NCBI GenBank assembly: GCA_963718235.1
Contig: CAVQYR010000002.1
Location: 288,001-352,000 of the forward strand
Length of the DNA stretch: 64,000 nt
Reading direction: 5' to 3'
Origin: an uncultured Actinomycetota bacterium
GTDB taxonomy: Bacteria > Actinomycetota > Actinomycetes > JAHEKZ01
Shown: positions 50,092 to 59,979 of the stretch, one piece after another
Numbering within the stretch: the stretch's first letter is position 1
Layout: every line of letters begins with the position of its first letter
Notes under the pieces: model-generated
Database searches by the model: none
Told to the model about the DNA's origin: nothing
The model's input: the letters and a program-made list of their open reading frames with translations, nothing else
Position numbers and translations under genes: made by a program

Positions 50092-51989
50092 CAGGCCGCC
50101 CCTCCTTCGGTGTCCAGCGGCGCCAGCTCAGCATCGGTCATGTACTTCGAGAGCTCACTGCGGTCGAACAGCCGCAGCAGCTCCGGCGGCATGACCGGCA
50201 GGGGCTGCTGGTCCACCCGGATGCCGTCGCCGTCGACCCGGCAGATCAGGTTGATGTCACGCCACCGCGGGCTCATTCCAGGGAAGTCCTCCCGGGTGTG
50301 GCCCCCACGGGACTCCTGGCGGGTCAGCGCCGCGCGGGCGACGCACTCCGAGACCTGCAGCATGCGCCGGAGGTCGAGCGACAGGTGCCAGCCGGGGTTG
50401 AACTGTCGGTGACCCTCGACCGTGAGCCGGCGAGCGCGCTGTTTGATCGACTCGAGCTGCTCGAGCGCCTGCTCGACCTCGTGGGCGCTGCGGATGATCC
50501 CGACGAGGTCGTTCATGGTCTGCTGCAGCTCGTGGTGAAGCGTGTAGGGGTTCTCACCGCCCTCCTCCTCGAACGGCTCCAGGGCAGCGACTGCTGCCTG
50601 GTCGATGTCGTCCTCGGCGACGCTCGGACGACGCTCCAGCGCTTGGACGTAGCTCGACGCGCCGAGCCCGGCGCGACGCCCGAACACCAACAGGTCGGAC
50701 AGCGAGTTGCCGCCGAGCCGGTTCGACCCGTGCATCCCCCCGGCGACCTCCCCGGCGGCGAACAGCCCGGGAACCCCGACGGCTGCCGCGGTGTCCGGGT
50801 CGACCTCGACCCCGCCCATCACGTAGTGGCAGGTCGGCCCGACCTCCATCGGCTGGGCGGTGATGTCGACGTCGGCGAGCTCCTTGAACTGGTGGTACAT
50901 CGACGGCAGCTTCTTGCGGATGGTCTCGGCCGGGAGCCGGGAGCTGACGTCGAGGAACACCCCTCCGTGGGGTGAGCCGCGTCCGGCCTTGACCTCGGAG
51001 TTGATGGCGCGGGCGACCTCGTCGCGAGGGAGAAGCTCGGGCGGACGTCGGTTGTTGTCGGCGTCGGTGTACCACCGGTCGCCCTCCGCCTCGTCCTTGG
51101 CGTACTTGTCGACGAAGACGTCGGGGACGTAGTCGAACATGAACCGACGACCCTCGGAGTTGGTGAGCACGCCGCCGTCACCGCGCACCGACTCGGTGAC
51201 CAGGATCCCCTTCACACTGGGTGGCCAGACCATGCCGGTCGGGTGGAACTGGACGAACTCCATGTTCACCAGGGAGCCGCCGGCCTCGAGTGCGAGTCCG
51301 TGCCCGTCACCGGTGTACTCCCAGGAGTTGCTCGTCACCTTGAAGCTCTTGCCGATCCCCCCGGTGGCGAGGACGACGGCCGGTGCCTCGAACAGCACGA
51401 AGCGCCCGGACTCCCGCCAGTAGCCGAAGCCCCCCGCGATGCTTCCGTCCTCGAGCATCAGCCGGGTGATGGTGCACTCGGCGAACACCTTCAGCCGGGC
51501 CTGCGCGTCGCCGTGCTCGTGCTCGTCCTCCTGCTGCAGCGAGACGATCTTCTGCTGCAAGGTGCGGATGAGCTCGAGCCCCGTCCGGTCGCCCACGTGG
51601 GCCAGGCGTGGGTACTCGTGGCCCCCGAAGTTCCGCTGGCTGATCCGGCCGTCGGGCGTGCGGTCGAACAGCGCCCCCCAGGACTCGAGCTCCCACACCC
51701 GCTGCGGAGCTTCGCGCGCGTGCAGCTCGGCCATCCGCCAATGGTTCAAGAACTTGCCGCCGCGCATCGTGTCACGGAAGTGGACCTGCCAGCCGTCGTT
51801 GCTGTTGACGTTGCCCATGCTGGCGGCGATACCGCCCTCGGCCATGACGGTGTGGGCCTTCCCGAACAGCGACTTGCAGACGATGGCCACGCTGTGGCCC
51901 TGCTCGCGTGCCTCGATCGCCGCACGCAGGCCGGCCCCTCCGGCGCCGATCACGACGACGTCGTACGTGTGCCGTTCGAGGTCGGTCAT
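50091..51989 (-). CDS. sdhA: Succinate dehydrogenase/fumarate reductase flavoprotein (Rv0248c-type)
   Basis: VIGAGGAGLRAA, KAHTVMAEGG (covalent FAD His), QFHPTG, HYVMGG, HGSNRLGGNSL, RQESRGGH. Confidence 0.96.
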   Translation of the reverse strand: MTDLERHTYDVVVIGAGGAGLRAAIEAREQGHSVAIVCKSLFGKAHTVMAEGGIAASMGNVNSNDGWQVHFRDTMRGGKFLNHWRMAELHAREAPQRVWELESWGALFDRTPDGRISQRNFGGHEYPRLAHVGDRTGLELIRTLQQKIVSLQQEDEHEHGDAQARLKVFAECTITRLMLEDGSIAGGFGYWRESGRFVLFEAPAVVLATGGIGKSFKVTSNSWEYTGDGHGLALEAGGSLVNMEFVQFHPTGMVWPPSVKGILVTESVRGDGGVLTNSEGRRFMFDYVPDVFVDKYAKDEAEGDRWYTDADNNRRPPELLPRDEVARAINSEVKAGRGSPHGGVFLDVSSRLPAETIRKKLPSMYHQFKELADVDITAQPMEVGPTCHYVMGGVEVDPDTAAAVGVPGLFAAGEVAGGMHGSNRLGGNSLSDLLVFGRRAGLGASSYVQALERRPSVAEDDIDQAAVAALEPFEEEGGENPYTLHHELQQTMNDLVGIIRSAHEVEQALEQLESIKQRARRLTVEGHRQFNPGWHLSLDLRRMLQVSECVARAALTRQESRGGHTREDFPGMSPRWRDINLICRVDGDGIRVDQQPLPVMPPELLRLFDRSELSKYMTDAELAPLDTEGGAA

Positions 51990-52029
51990 GCAGGAGACCT
52001 TTCCCGTGTCGTCGCTGACGGTCGCAGCA

Positions 52030-52818
52030 TCAGAAGAACCGGATGTCGGTGATCGTCCCGGTCGCGAGCAAGCGGATGTAGAAGTCCGACAGCGCCACGC
52101 TGAACAGGGAAAGCCAGGCGAACATCGGGTGGCGGGTGTTGAGCCGCGACACCCAGGTCCACAGGCGGTAGCGGACCGGGTGCTTGGAGAAGTGCTTCAG
52201 GCGACCGCCAACGGTGTTGCGGCAGGAGTGACAGGACGCCGTGTAGAGCCACAGCAGCGTGGCGTTGGTGACCAGGATCAGCGTGCCGAGCCCCATGTGA
52301 CCCCAACGCAGCTCGGCGTCACGGAAGGAGATGATCGCGTCGTAGGTCAAGATCAGGTTGAAGACGAGCCCGAAGTAGAAGAAGTATCGATGGCTGTTCT
52401 GCAGGAGCAACGGCATCCGGGTCTCGCCCGTGTACTTGCGATGCGGCTCGGCCACGGCGCATGCGGGTGGAGACAGCCAGAACGAGCGGTAGTACGCCTT
52501 GCGGTAGTAGTAGCAGGTCATCCGGAACCCGAGCGGGAAGACCAGGATGAGCAGGGCCGGGGAGAAGGTCCACCAGTCGCCGACCAGGCGCCCCAGGTCG
52601 TCTGAACCCGGCGTGCAGTTCTCCGAGACGCACGGGGAGTAGAAGGGCGACAGGTACGGAGCGGCGAAGTAGTGGGCGTTCTCGAAGGCACGCCAGGTGG
52701 CATAGACGACGAAGGACAGCAGGACGAGCATCGTGATCCCTGGCATGACCCACCATCGGTCGGTGCGCAGGGTGCGGAAGGGGATGTGCGCGCGTACGGT
52801 CGTGCTCTGGTTCGCCAT
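52030..52818 (-). CDS. Sdh1 membrane anchor subunit (Rv0249c-type)
   Basis: RTLRTDRWW, YLSPFYSPC, FRMTCYYYRKAYYRSFW.SPPAC, SCHSCR. Confidence 0.92.
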   Translation of the reverse strand: MANQSTTVRAHIPFRTLRTDRWWVMPGITMLVLLSFVVYATWRAFENAHYFAAPYLSPFYSPCVSENCTPGSDDLGRLVGDWWTFSPALLILVFPLGFRMTCYYYRKAYYRSFWLSPPACAVAEPHRKYTGETRMPLLLQNSHRYFFYFGLVFNLILTYDAIISFRDAELRWGHMGLGTLILVTNATLLWLYTASCHSCRNTVGGRLKHFSKHPVRYRLWTWVSRLNTRHPMFAWLSLFSVALSDFYIRLLATGTITDIRFF

Positions 52819-52843
52819 CGGGGCCTCCGGCCGTCGCGTCGGG

Positions 52844-53098
52844 TCAGTCGTGGTCGGCGTCGCGGAAGAACTCCGGCGGGTAGGCGTGGTCGGGGACGAC
52901 GATGTGGGGCTCGTCGTTGGTCGGCGGCGCCTCTGGACCGACGAGCAGGTCGAGGTCCTCGGAGATCCGCTGGGCGTCGGCGAGCAGACGACGCATGTCG
53001 ACGGAGTCCCCGTGGTGGTCCTTGAGGACCTCCACGGCCGCGACGAGGTCTCGGGCCGCCTTCCGGGCTGTGGTGATCTCCGACTGCGACACGCTCAT
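52844..53098 (-). CDS. Small Sdh1 operon protein (Rv0250c-like)
   Basis: HGDSVDMRRLLADAQRISEDL...VPDHAYPPEFFRDAD; first gene of Sdh1 operon. Confidence 0.8.
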   Translation of the reverse strand: MSVSQSEITTARKAARDLVAAVEVLKDHHGDSVDMRRLLADAQRISEDLDLLVGPEAPPTNDEPHIVVPDHAYPPEFFRDADHD

Positions 53099-53239
53099 GG
53101 GGCGACCTCCGGACGGGCTGCGCCGGCCTGCGACGACGCTGTGCGTGGGCAGTCTGTCTCAGGAGAGCATCGGCCGCCAGCACCTCGGCCAAGTCCGCGG
53201 ACCGGTGGGTGCGACGTCACCCGTGGCCGGGGGCCGGGG

Positions 53240-53881
53240 TCACTCGTCGACACACACGCACAGCTCGTTGCCCTCGGGATCGGTCAGGACCCAGAACGTC
53301 TCGAACGTGGCGACCAGGGACCCCCCGAGGGACACGAGGAGGTCACGCTTGGCTGCTGCCTCGTGGCGGGGCAGGTACAGGTCGAGGTGCAGTCGGTTCT
53401 TCACCGACTTGTCTTCGGGCACCTCCTGGAACCACACGGTCGGTCCGTGCCCCTCGGGGTCGATCAGGACACCGTCGTGGTCGATGTACCGCAGCGCGGT
53501 GGCCCACCAGGGACGCAGGATGGTGGCGTCTCGGCAGTCGATTCCGACCTCAAGTCGCGGCTTGCGGTCGAGCGCGTCGTCGGTGTGGACGCCGTGGTCC
53601 GCGGCGATCGCGGAGATCCGGTGAGCCATCTCGACGTCGAGCTGGGTGACCCCGCCGGCGGAGTGGGTCGACAGGGTGAGGTGCAACGTGCGCCACCGGA
53701 TGTCGATGTCGGGGTGGTGGTCCATGTCCTCGGCGGCGGTGGCGATGTCGTCGACCATGCGCACTGCGGTCGGGAAGTCGGCGGCGGAGATGCTGCGCAG
53801 CAGCGAGCGGTCGGCCAACCGCCATCCAGGGAGGTCGACCAGCTGGCGGGTGATCTCTTCGGTGTCGAGGAGGCGCGGCAT
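53240..53881 (-). CDS. Pterin-4a-carbinolamine dehydratase fused to VOC/glyoxalase domain
   Basis: AEDMDHHPDIDIRW..LSTHSAGGVTQLD (PCD); FQEVPEDKSVKNRLHLDL, LTDPEGNELC (VOC). Confidence 0.88.
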   Translation of the reverse strand: MPRLLDTEEITRQLVDLPGWRLADRSLLRSISAADFPTAVRMVDDIATAAEDMDHHPDIDIRWRTLHLTLSTHSAGGVTQLDVEMAHRISAIAADHGVHTDDALDRKPRLEVGIDCRDATILRPWWATALRYIDHDGVLIDPEGHGPTVWFQEVPEDKSVKNRLHLDLYLPRHEAAAKRDLLVSLGGSLVATFETFWVLTDPEGNELCVCVDE

Positions 53882-53911
53882 GATCCCCACCCTGGCTGAC
53901 CCGCCCCACAG

Positions 53912-53946
53912 TGTCACTTCCGCTGTCACTTCCGCTGTCACTTCCG
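53912..53946. repeat. 12-bp tandem direct repeat (TGTCACTTCCGC x ~3) in divergent intergenic region
   Basis: tgtcacttccgc tgtcacttccgc tgtcacttccg. Confidence 0.9.
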
Positions 53947-53971
53947 GCCGAGGAGCCGGCGGGTGGCGGGT

Positions 53972-53993
53972 TGAACAAGATGTGAACTAGTTT
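53972..53993 (+). promoter_or_regulatory. TGAAC-N6-TGAAC direct repeat abutting -10 box TAGTTT of ABC operon
   Basis: TGAAC 53972-76 and 53983-87 (11-bp period; reverse complement GTTCA-N6-GTTCA); TAGTTT 53988-93, ATG 54000. Confidence 0.5.
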
Positions 53994-53999
53994 GGGCTC

Positions 54000-55100
54000 A
54001 TGTCCTTCGCGCTGCTGGAGATTCGTCGGGCAGCCCTGAAGTACGGCCTGCTCGCCGCAGCGGTCGCGCTCCTCGTCTTCCTGGTGCTCTTCCTGTGGAC
54101 GCTGTCCGGCGCGCTCATCCGCTCCTTCATCGGCACCCTGGAGGCCGCCGAGCTCGACGTCGTGGTCTACAGCGCGCAGGCCCGGGACAACGTCCAGGCC
54201 AGTCGACTCGAGCCCGACGTGGTAGCGGCGGTGGCGGCGGTGGATGGCGTGTCCGCCGCGGCGCCGTGGTCGACGACGACGCTCACCGGTGAGCTCGACG
54301 GTGAGCCGTCGGACCTCGGGTTGTTCGGGATCGACCCGCAGGGACCTGGGGCGCCGGCCGGGCTGACCGACGGCCGGCTGCCCACGGCGCTCGACGAGAC
54401 GGCGGTCGATGCGGGTGGTCAGGCGCAGATCGGCGACCTCATCGTGCTGCGCCCCAGCGGCATCGAGCTGAAGGTCGTCGGGCTGCTGAGAGGGGCCCAG
54501 TTCCTGGCCCAGCCCACTGCGTTCGTCGACCAGGCGACGTTCGACGAGGTGACCCGCGCCGCGAACCCCGAGGTGCCGTTCGTGCCGATCAACGCGGTGG
54601 CTGTCACCGCCGACGCCGGTACCGACCCCGGCGTGGTGGCTCAACGGGTCGAGGACGCAGTGCCAGGGGTGACCGCATACACCAAGCGGGCCGCTGTCGA
54701 TGCGGTGCCGGGAGTCGACCAGGTGGGCAGCACCTTCGTCATCCTGATCGCCGTCACCTTCCTGATCGCCGTGGTGGTCGTCGGCTTCTTCTTCCTCATC
54801 CTCACCGTCCAGAAGCAGCGGGTGTTCACGCTGCTCCGCGCGCTCGGTGACCCACCGCACCGTCTGGCCGCCGGACTCGCGCTCCAGATCACGGCCGTGG
54901 TCGCCGTGGCGTCGGTGGTCGCAGTCGGCGTGACGGCGTTGGCGATCGCCGGGCTCAACACCGGCATCCCGGTCTCGTTGTCGCCTCAGAGAGTGGCGAT
55001 CGTGGTGGCCGCGGTCCTCGCCTTCTCCTTGCTGGCCGGGATGGTCTCGGTGTCTCGCATTGCCCGACTCGACCCCGCGGCTGCCGCAGGTGCCAGGTGA
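54000..55100 (+). CDS. FtsX/MacB-type ABC permease (HrtB-like)
   Basis: ALLEIRR, N-terminal TM, large extracytoplasmic loop, FFLILTVQK..LLRALG, RIARLDPA. Confidence 0.87.
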   Translation: MSFALLEIRRAALKYGLLAAAVALLVFLVLFLWTLSGALIRSFIGTLEAAELDVVVYSAQARDNVQASRLEPDVVAAVAAVDGVSAAAPWSTTTLTGELDGEPSDLGLFGIDPQGPGAPAGLTDGRLPTALDETAVDAGGQAQIGDLIVLRPSGIELKVVGLLRGAQFLAQPTAFVDQATFDEVTRAANPEVPFVPINAVAVTADAGTDPGVVAQRVEDAVPGVTAYTKRAAVDAVPGVDQVGSTFVILIAVTFLIAVVVVGFFFLILTVQKQRVFTLLRALGDPPHRLAAGLALQITAVVAVASVVAVGVTALAIAGLNTGIPVSLSPQRVAIVVAAVLAFSLLAGMVSVSRIARLDPAAAAGAR

Positions 55101-56200
55101 GGGTCGGGATCGCCGAGATCCGGCGACAGAAAGGCCGATTCCTGTTCATCACCGGTGCGCTTTCGTTCCTCGTCCTGCTCGTCCTGCTCCTGTCCGCCCT
55201 GTCCGACGGGCTGTTCTACGGCAACACCGGCGCCATCCGGAACGCTGACGCCCAGGCTTTCGCGTTCAGCTCCGACGCCGAAGGTTCCTTCGTGCGGTCG
55301 CGACTGCCAGATGCGGCGGTTGCCGAGCTGTCTTCGACGCCGGGGGTGAGTGCCGCCTCCCCCCTCGGCCTGCTGCTCACCGGCGGTGAGGGCCCGGACG
55401 GCGGCGTTGACGTTGCCCTGTTCGGTTTCGAGCCCGACGGCGCGGGTGCGCCGACGGGGCTCGTCGAGGGGCGGTTGCCCCGGCCTGAGGAGAACAATGT
55501 CTCGGCCGTGAGCACCGCAATGCGGGACCAGGGGGTCGTCCTCGGCTCGACCATCACCCTGGGCACGGTTGCGATCGAGGTGGTCGGGTTCGTCGAGGAC
55601 GCCGAGTACCAGGGGCAGTCCTCGATGTGGGCCACCGTGCCGACCTGGGCCGAGGCTCGGGCAGCAGTGCGCCCTGAGACCCGCGGGGAGACCGGCGTCA
55701 TCACCGCGGTGGCGCTGCAGCTCGACGACGGCGTCACCGTGGACGACCTCGAGGCGCCCGCTGGCACCAGCATTCTCACCACGGCCGAGTCCTACCTGGC
55801 GATCCCCGGGGTCGAGCAGCAGCGTTCGACGTTCTCCAGCATCGTCACCACGACCTACCTGGTCGCGGCCATCGTCGTCGCTCTCTTCTTCGCCCTGCTC
55901 ACCTTGGAGAAGCGTGACCTGTTCGCCGCACTGAAAGCCCTGGGTGCCTCGACCCGACGCCTGGCCGGGATCCTGTTCTCCCAGGCCATCGTGACGTCGG
56001 CCATCGCGCTCGTGGCGGGGGCAGGTCTGGCGTGGCTGCTCGGTGGCGCTGTGCCCGACCAGGTGCCGGTCCTGTTCCTGCCCGGCACGTTGATCACCGT
56101 CGCGATCTCCACGTTCGTGTCATCCCTCGTCGGCGCCGTCTTCTCGTTACGTCGCATCGCCCGGATCGATCCAGCCACCGCACTCGGAGGAACCCTGTGA
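55097..56200 (+). CDS. FtsX/MacB-type ABC permease (paralog)
   Basis: AEIRRQKGRF, FFALLTLEKR..LKALGAS, RIARIDPATALG. Confidence 0.87.
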   Translation: MRVGIAEIRRQKGRFLFITGALSFLVLLVLLLSALSDGLFYGNTGAIRNADAQAFAFSSDAEGSFVRSRLPDAAVAELSSTPGVSAASPLGLLLTGGEGPDGGVDVALFGFEPDGAGAPTGLVEGRLPRPEENNVSAVSTAMRDQGVVLGSTITLGTVAIEVVGFVEDAEYQGQSSMWATVPTWAEARAAVRPETRGETGVITAVALQLDDGVTVDDLEAPAGTSILTTAESYLAIPGVEQQRSTFSSIVTTTYLVAAIVVALFFALLTLEKRDLFAALKALGASTRRLAGILFSQAIVTSAIALVAGAGLAWLLGGAVPDQVPVLFLPGTLITVAISTFVSSLVGAVFSLRRIARIDPATALGGTL

Positions 56201-56916
56201 ACGCGCTCACCGATGTCCGCTCGCTGCTGGTCGCCGAAGACGTCACGAAGACGTACGGCAGTGGGCACACCGCCGTCACCGCCGTGGAGAATGCGTCGCT
56301 TGCGGTGAACGAAGGTGAGTTCGTCGCCCTCGTCGGACCGTCGGGCTCGGGCAAGACGACGCTGCTGTCCATCCTCGGGGGGCTGCTCACGCCGACGAAT
56401 GGTCGGGTCCTGATGGGTGACACCAGGGTCGACGAGCTCAGCAAGAAGGACTTGACCAAGTTCCGCGCTGCCCGGGTCGGCTTCGTGTTCCAGACGGCCA
56501 ACCTCGTGCCGTTTCTCACCGCGCGGGAGAACATCACCCTGATGAACGACCTGGCCGGTGGTCGGCTCTCGCGCAAGGACGCTCGACTTCGGGCCGAGCG
56601 ACTCATGGCCGAGCTTGGCCTTGCCGAGCGTGCCGACAACGTGCCGGAGAAGCTGTCGGGCGGTGAGCGGCAGCGAGTGGCCATCGGCCGGGCCCTGATG
56701 AACGACCCCGAGATCCTGCTCGTCGACGAGCCCACAGCCTCGCTGGACACCGAACGTGGGCGGCAGGTCGTCCAGCTGTTGGCGCGGGAGATCAAGGAGC
56801 GTTCCAAGACCGGGATCATGGTCACCCACGACCTGCGGATGGTGGAGTACACCGATCGGGTCTACGAGATCCTGGACGGGCACGTCACCGAGGAAGCGCG
56901 CACACAGGAGGCATGA
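56197..56916 (+). CDS. ABC ATP-binding protein (LolD/MacB-type)
   Basis: GPSGSGKTT, GFVFQ..NL, LSGGERQRVAI, DEPTASLD, VTHD. Confidence 0.92.
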   Translation: MNALTDVRSLLVAEDVTKTYGSGHTAVTAVENASLAVNEGEFVALVGPSGSGKTTLLSILGGLLTPTNGRVLMGDTRVDELSKKDLTKFRAARVGFVFQTANLVPFLTARENITLMNDLAGGRLSRKDARLRAERLMAELGLAERADNVPEKLSGGERQRVAIGRALMNDPEILLVDEPTASLDTERGRQVVQLLAREIKERSKTGIMVTHDLRMVEYTDRVYEILDGHVTEEARTQEA

Positions 56917-57839
56917 TGTCGCTGGAGAGGTCGGTTCGGCATCACCTTCTGGCAGGTCGTGACTTCGACCTCCGCCACCATCCTTCCGACTGGTTGCCTG
57001 ACGAGTGGCGACACCTTGACAAGGATGCGCTCAAGCAGGCGAGCTCGGAGGCACTCGAACGCAGCAAGGACGACCTGGACCGGGCCCAGGAGCTGCTCTA
57101 CGCGGATGACCGCTACTCGTTGCTGCTCGTGTTCCAGGCCATGGACGCTGCGGGCAAGGACGGCACGATCCGACATGTCATGTCGGGGGTGAACCCACAG
57201 GGCTGCCAGGTCACGTCGTTCAAGCAACCGAGCGCCGAGGAGCGCGACCACGACTTCCTCTGGCGGTGCACGAAGGCACTCCCCGAGCGCGGAAGGATCG
57301 GGATCTTCAACCGCTCCTACTACGAGGAGGTGCTCGTCGTCCGGGTGCACCCGGAGATCCTGGACGGCCAGCAGCTGCCGCCCGGGCCGCGCGGTGAGGA
57401 GCTCTGGGCGCAGCGGTACGCGTCGATCGTCGCGTTCGAGCGACACCTCGTCAGCAACGGGACTGTCGTGGTGAAGTTCTTCCTGAACGTGGGCCCTGAC
57501 GAGCAGAGGAAGCGGTTCCTCGATCGACTGGAGGAGCCGGCGAAGAACTGGAAGTTCAGCGCCGGTGACGTCGCCGAGCGCCAGCACTGGGACGACTACA
57601 TGGCTGCCTACTCCGCGGCCATCCGCGCGACGTCCACGCAGGAGGCGCCCTGGTACGTGATCCCGGCCGACCGCAAGGGCGTCATGCGGGCCCTGGTGGC
57701 CGAGGTCGTCACCGAGACCGTGCGGCGGCTCGACCTGCGCTTCCCGCAGGTGAGCGACGAGCAGCGCCGGGAGTTCTTGCGGGCGCGGGCGCTCCTCGAC
57801 GCCGAATCCGCGGGAACCGGGTCGGTCGGGACGGCGTAG
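56913..57839 (+). CDS. ppk2: Polyphosphate kinase 2 family protein
   Basis: [57 protein letters not shown]. Confidence 0.93.
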   Translation: MMSLERSVRHHLLAGRDFDLRHHPSDWLPDEWRHLDKDALKQASSEALERSKDDLDRAQELLYADDRYSLLLVFQAMDAAGKDGTIRHVMSGVNPQGCQVTSFKQPSAEERDHDFLWRCTKALPERGRIGIFNRSYYEEVLVVRVHPEILDGQQLPPGPRGEELWAQRYASIVAFERHLVSNGTVVVKFFLNVGPDEQRKRFLDRLEEPAKNWKFSAGDVAERQHWDDYMAAYSAAIRATSTQEAPWYVIPADRKGVMRALVAEVVTETVRRLDLRFPQVSDEQRREFLRARALLDAESAGTGSVGTA

Positions 57840-57941
57840 GATAGGCCCTCGTCTGCTGCAGACGGCGTTCCTCGGGTGCGGTCTCGGCGTTCCGCCCGCG
57901 GGCTCCGTTCGCGGCATCCCTCCTCTGAAGTGAGCCTTGGC

Positions 57942-59802
57942 ATGTCCACGCCCGTCCCCACGACCAGCCGCGCCGACCTGCGCAACATCGCCATCGTCGC
58001 CCACGTCGACCACGGCAAGACCACCCTCGTCGACGCCATGCTGTGGCAGTCAGGGGCGTTCCGGGAGAACCAGGACGTGGCCGACCGGGTCATGGACTCC
58101 GGGGAGCTGGAGCGGGAGAAGGGGATCACGATCCTGGCCAAGAACACCGCCGTGAAGCACGGTGGGATCACCCTCAACATCATCGACACCCCCGGACACG
58201 CCGACTTCGGCGGTGAGGTCGAGCGAGGGCTGGAGATGGTTGACGGCGTCCTGCTCCTCGTCGACGCCAGCGAGGGGCCACTGCCGCAGACCCGTTTCGT
58301 GCTGCGCAAGGCACTTGCAGAAGCGGCTGCCCGTCGTCCTGGTGGTGAACAAGGTCGACCGCCCTGATGCCCGGATCAAGGAGATCGTCGACGAGACCTA
58401 CGAGCTCTTCCTCGACCTCGACGCCACCGACGACCAGATCGACTTCCCGATCGTCTACGCCTCTGCGAAGGCGGGGCGGGCGTCTCTGCAACGCCCCGAC
58501 GACGGTGGGATGCCCGACGCGGAGGACCTCGAGCCGCTGTTCGAGACCATCGTCGGCACCATCCCGGCCCCCGCCTACACCGAGGGCGCGCCGCTCCAGG
58601 CGCACGTCACGAACCTGGATGCGTCGCCCTACCTGGGTCGGCTGGCCCTGTGCCGGGTGCACGAAGGCTGGATCCGCAAGGGTCAGCAGGTCGCCTGGTG
58701 CCGCACGGACGGAAGCATCGTCCCGGTCAAGGTCACCGAGCTGCTCGTCACCGAGGCCCTCGACCGCGTCCCCGCAGACGAGGCGGGGCCCGGCGACATC
58801 ATCGCCATCGCAGGAATCCCCGAGATCACCATCGGTGAGACGCTCGCCGACGCCGACGACCCCCGTCCGCTCCCGGTGATCACCGTCGACGAGCCGTCGA
58901 TCTCGATGACGATCGGCATCAACACTGCCCCGCTGGCCGGGCAGAGCGGCAAGAAGCTCACCGCCAGCCAGGTGAAGAGCCGGTTGGACGCCGAGCTCGT
59001 CGGCAACGTCTCGATCCGGGTACTGCCCACCGAGCGGCCTGACACCTGGGAGGTACAGGGCCGCGGCGAGCTGCAGCTCGCCGTCCTGGTCGAGCAGATG
59101 CGTCGAGAGGGGTTCGAGCTGACCGTGGGCAAGCCCCAGGTCGTGACCCGTGAGATCGACGGCAAGGTGCACGAGCCGGTCGAGCGGCTGACCGTCGACA
59201 TACCCGAGGACTACCTGGGCGTCGTGACCCAGCTGATGGCCCTGCGCAAGGGGCGCATGGAGCAGATGGTCAACCACGGCACCGGCTGGGTCCGGCTGGA
59301 GTACATCGTGCCGGCCCGGGGCCTGATCGGCTTTCGGACCGAGTTCCTCACCGAGACCCGCGGCACGGGGCTGCTGCACCACGTCTTCGACCGGTACGAG
59401 CCGTGGTTCGGCGAGCTGCGCACCCGCCCGACGGGCTCCCTGGTCGCTGACCGTCGCGGCGCCACGACCGGGTTCGCGCTGGCGAACCTGCAGGAGCGCG
59501 GCACGATGTTCGTCGGCCCCGGTACGGAGGTGTACGAGGGCATGATCGTGGGCGAGAACTCCCGGTCCGACGACATGGACGTCAACGCGACCAAGGAGAA
59601 GAAGCTCACCAACATGCGTCAGTCATCCGGCGACGTTCTGGTGCCGCTTATCCCCCACAAGCAGGTGTCGATGGAACAGGCGCTGGAGTTCTGCCGCGAG
59701 GACGAGTGCGTGGAGGTCACCCCCGCTGCGGTCCGGATCCGCAAGCAGGTGCTGGACGCCGCCACCCGAAATCGGACCCGGGCCCGGGCCAAGCGGGACT
59801 GA
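57942..59802 (+). pseudogene. typA: Translational GTPase TypA/BipA split by a +1 frameshift near 58315 (probably sequencing error)
   Basis: [38 protein letters not shown] in frame 1; [36 protein letters not shown] in frame 2; deleting one T in GCA-CTTG-CAG restores [18 protein letters not shown]. Confidence 0.93.
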
Positions 59803-59979
59803 CCAGGGGGCCCGGCCGGGGGCCGAGGTCGCCGTCCGGTAAACGGGCGGTCTCGACTGGGCGCAGGTGGGGTCACGATTCGGCATACCCGGCGCCACAC
59901 GTTCCGCCAGTGGCGGTTCAGGCTTTAGTGTTCGCAGGGTTCGCCCCCCTGAACCGTTCCCGGAGGATCGCGCCGCCCT

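Noticed and set aside
58300-58330. Programmed ribosomal frameshift in typA (and in the fumarase at 22580)
   Set aside because: No slippery sequence or stimulatory structure; no precedent known to me for these genes; a simple indel explains both.
59900-59960. GTTC repeats and ggttcagg/cctgaacc inverted repeat upstream of oppC
   Set aside because: Irregular spacing and short stem; cannot be distinguished from chance.
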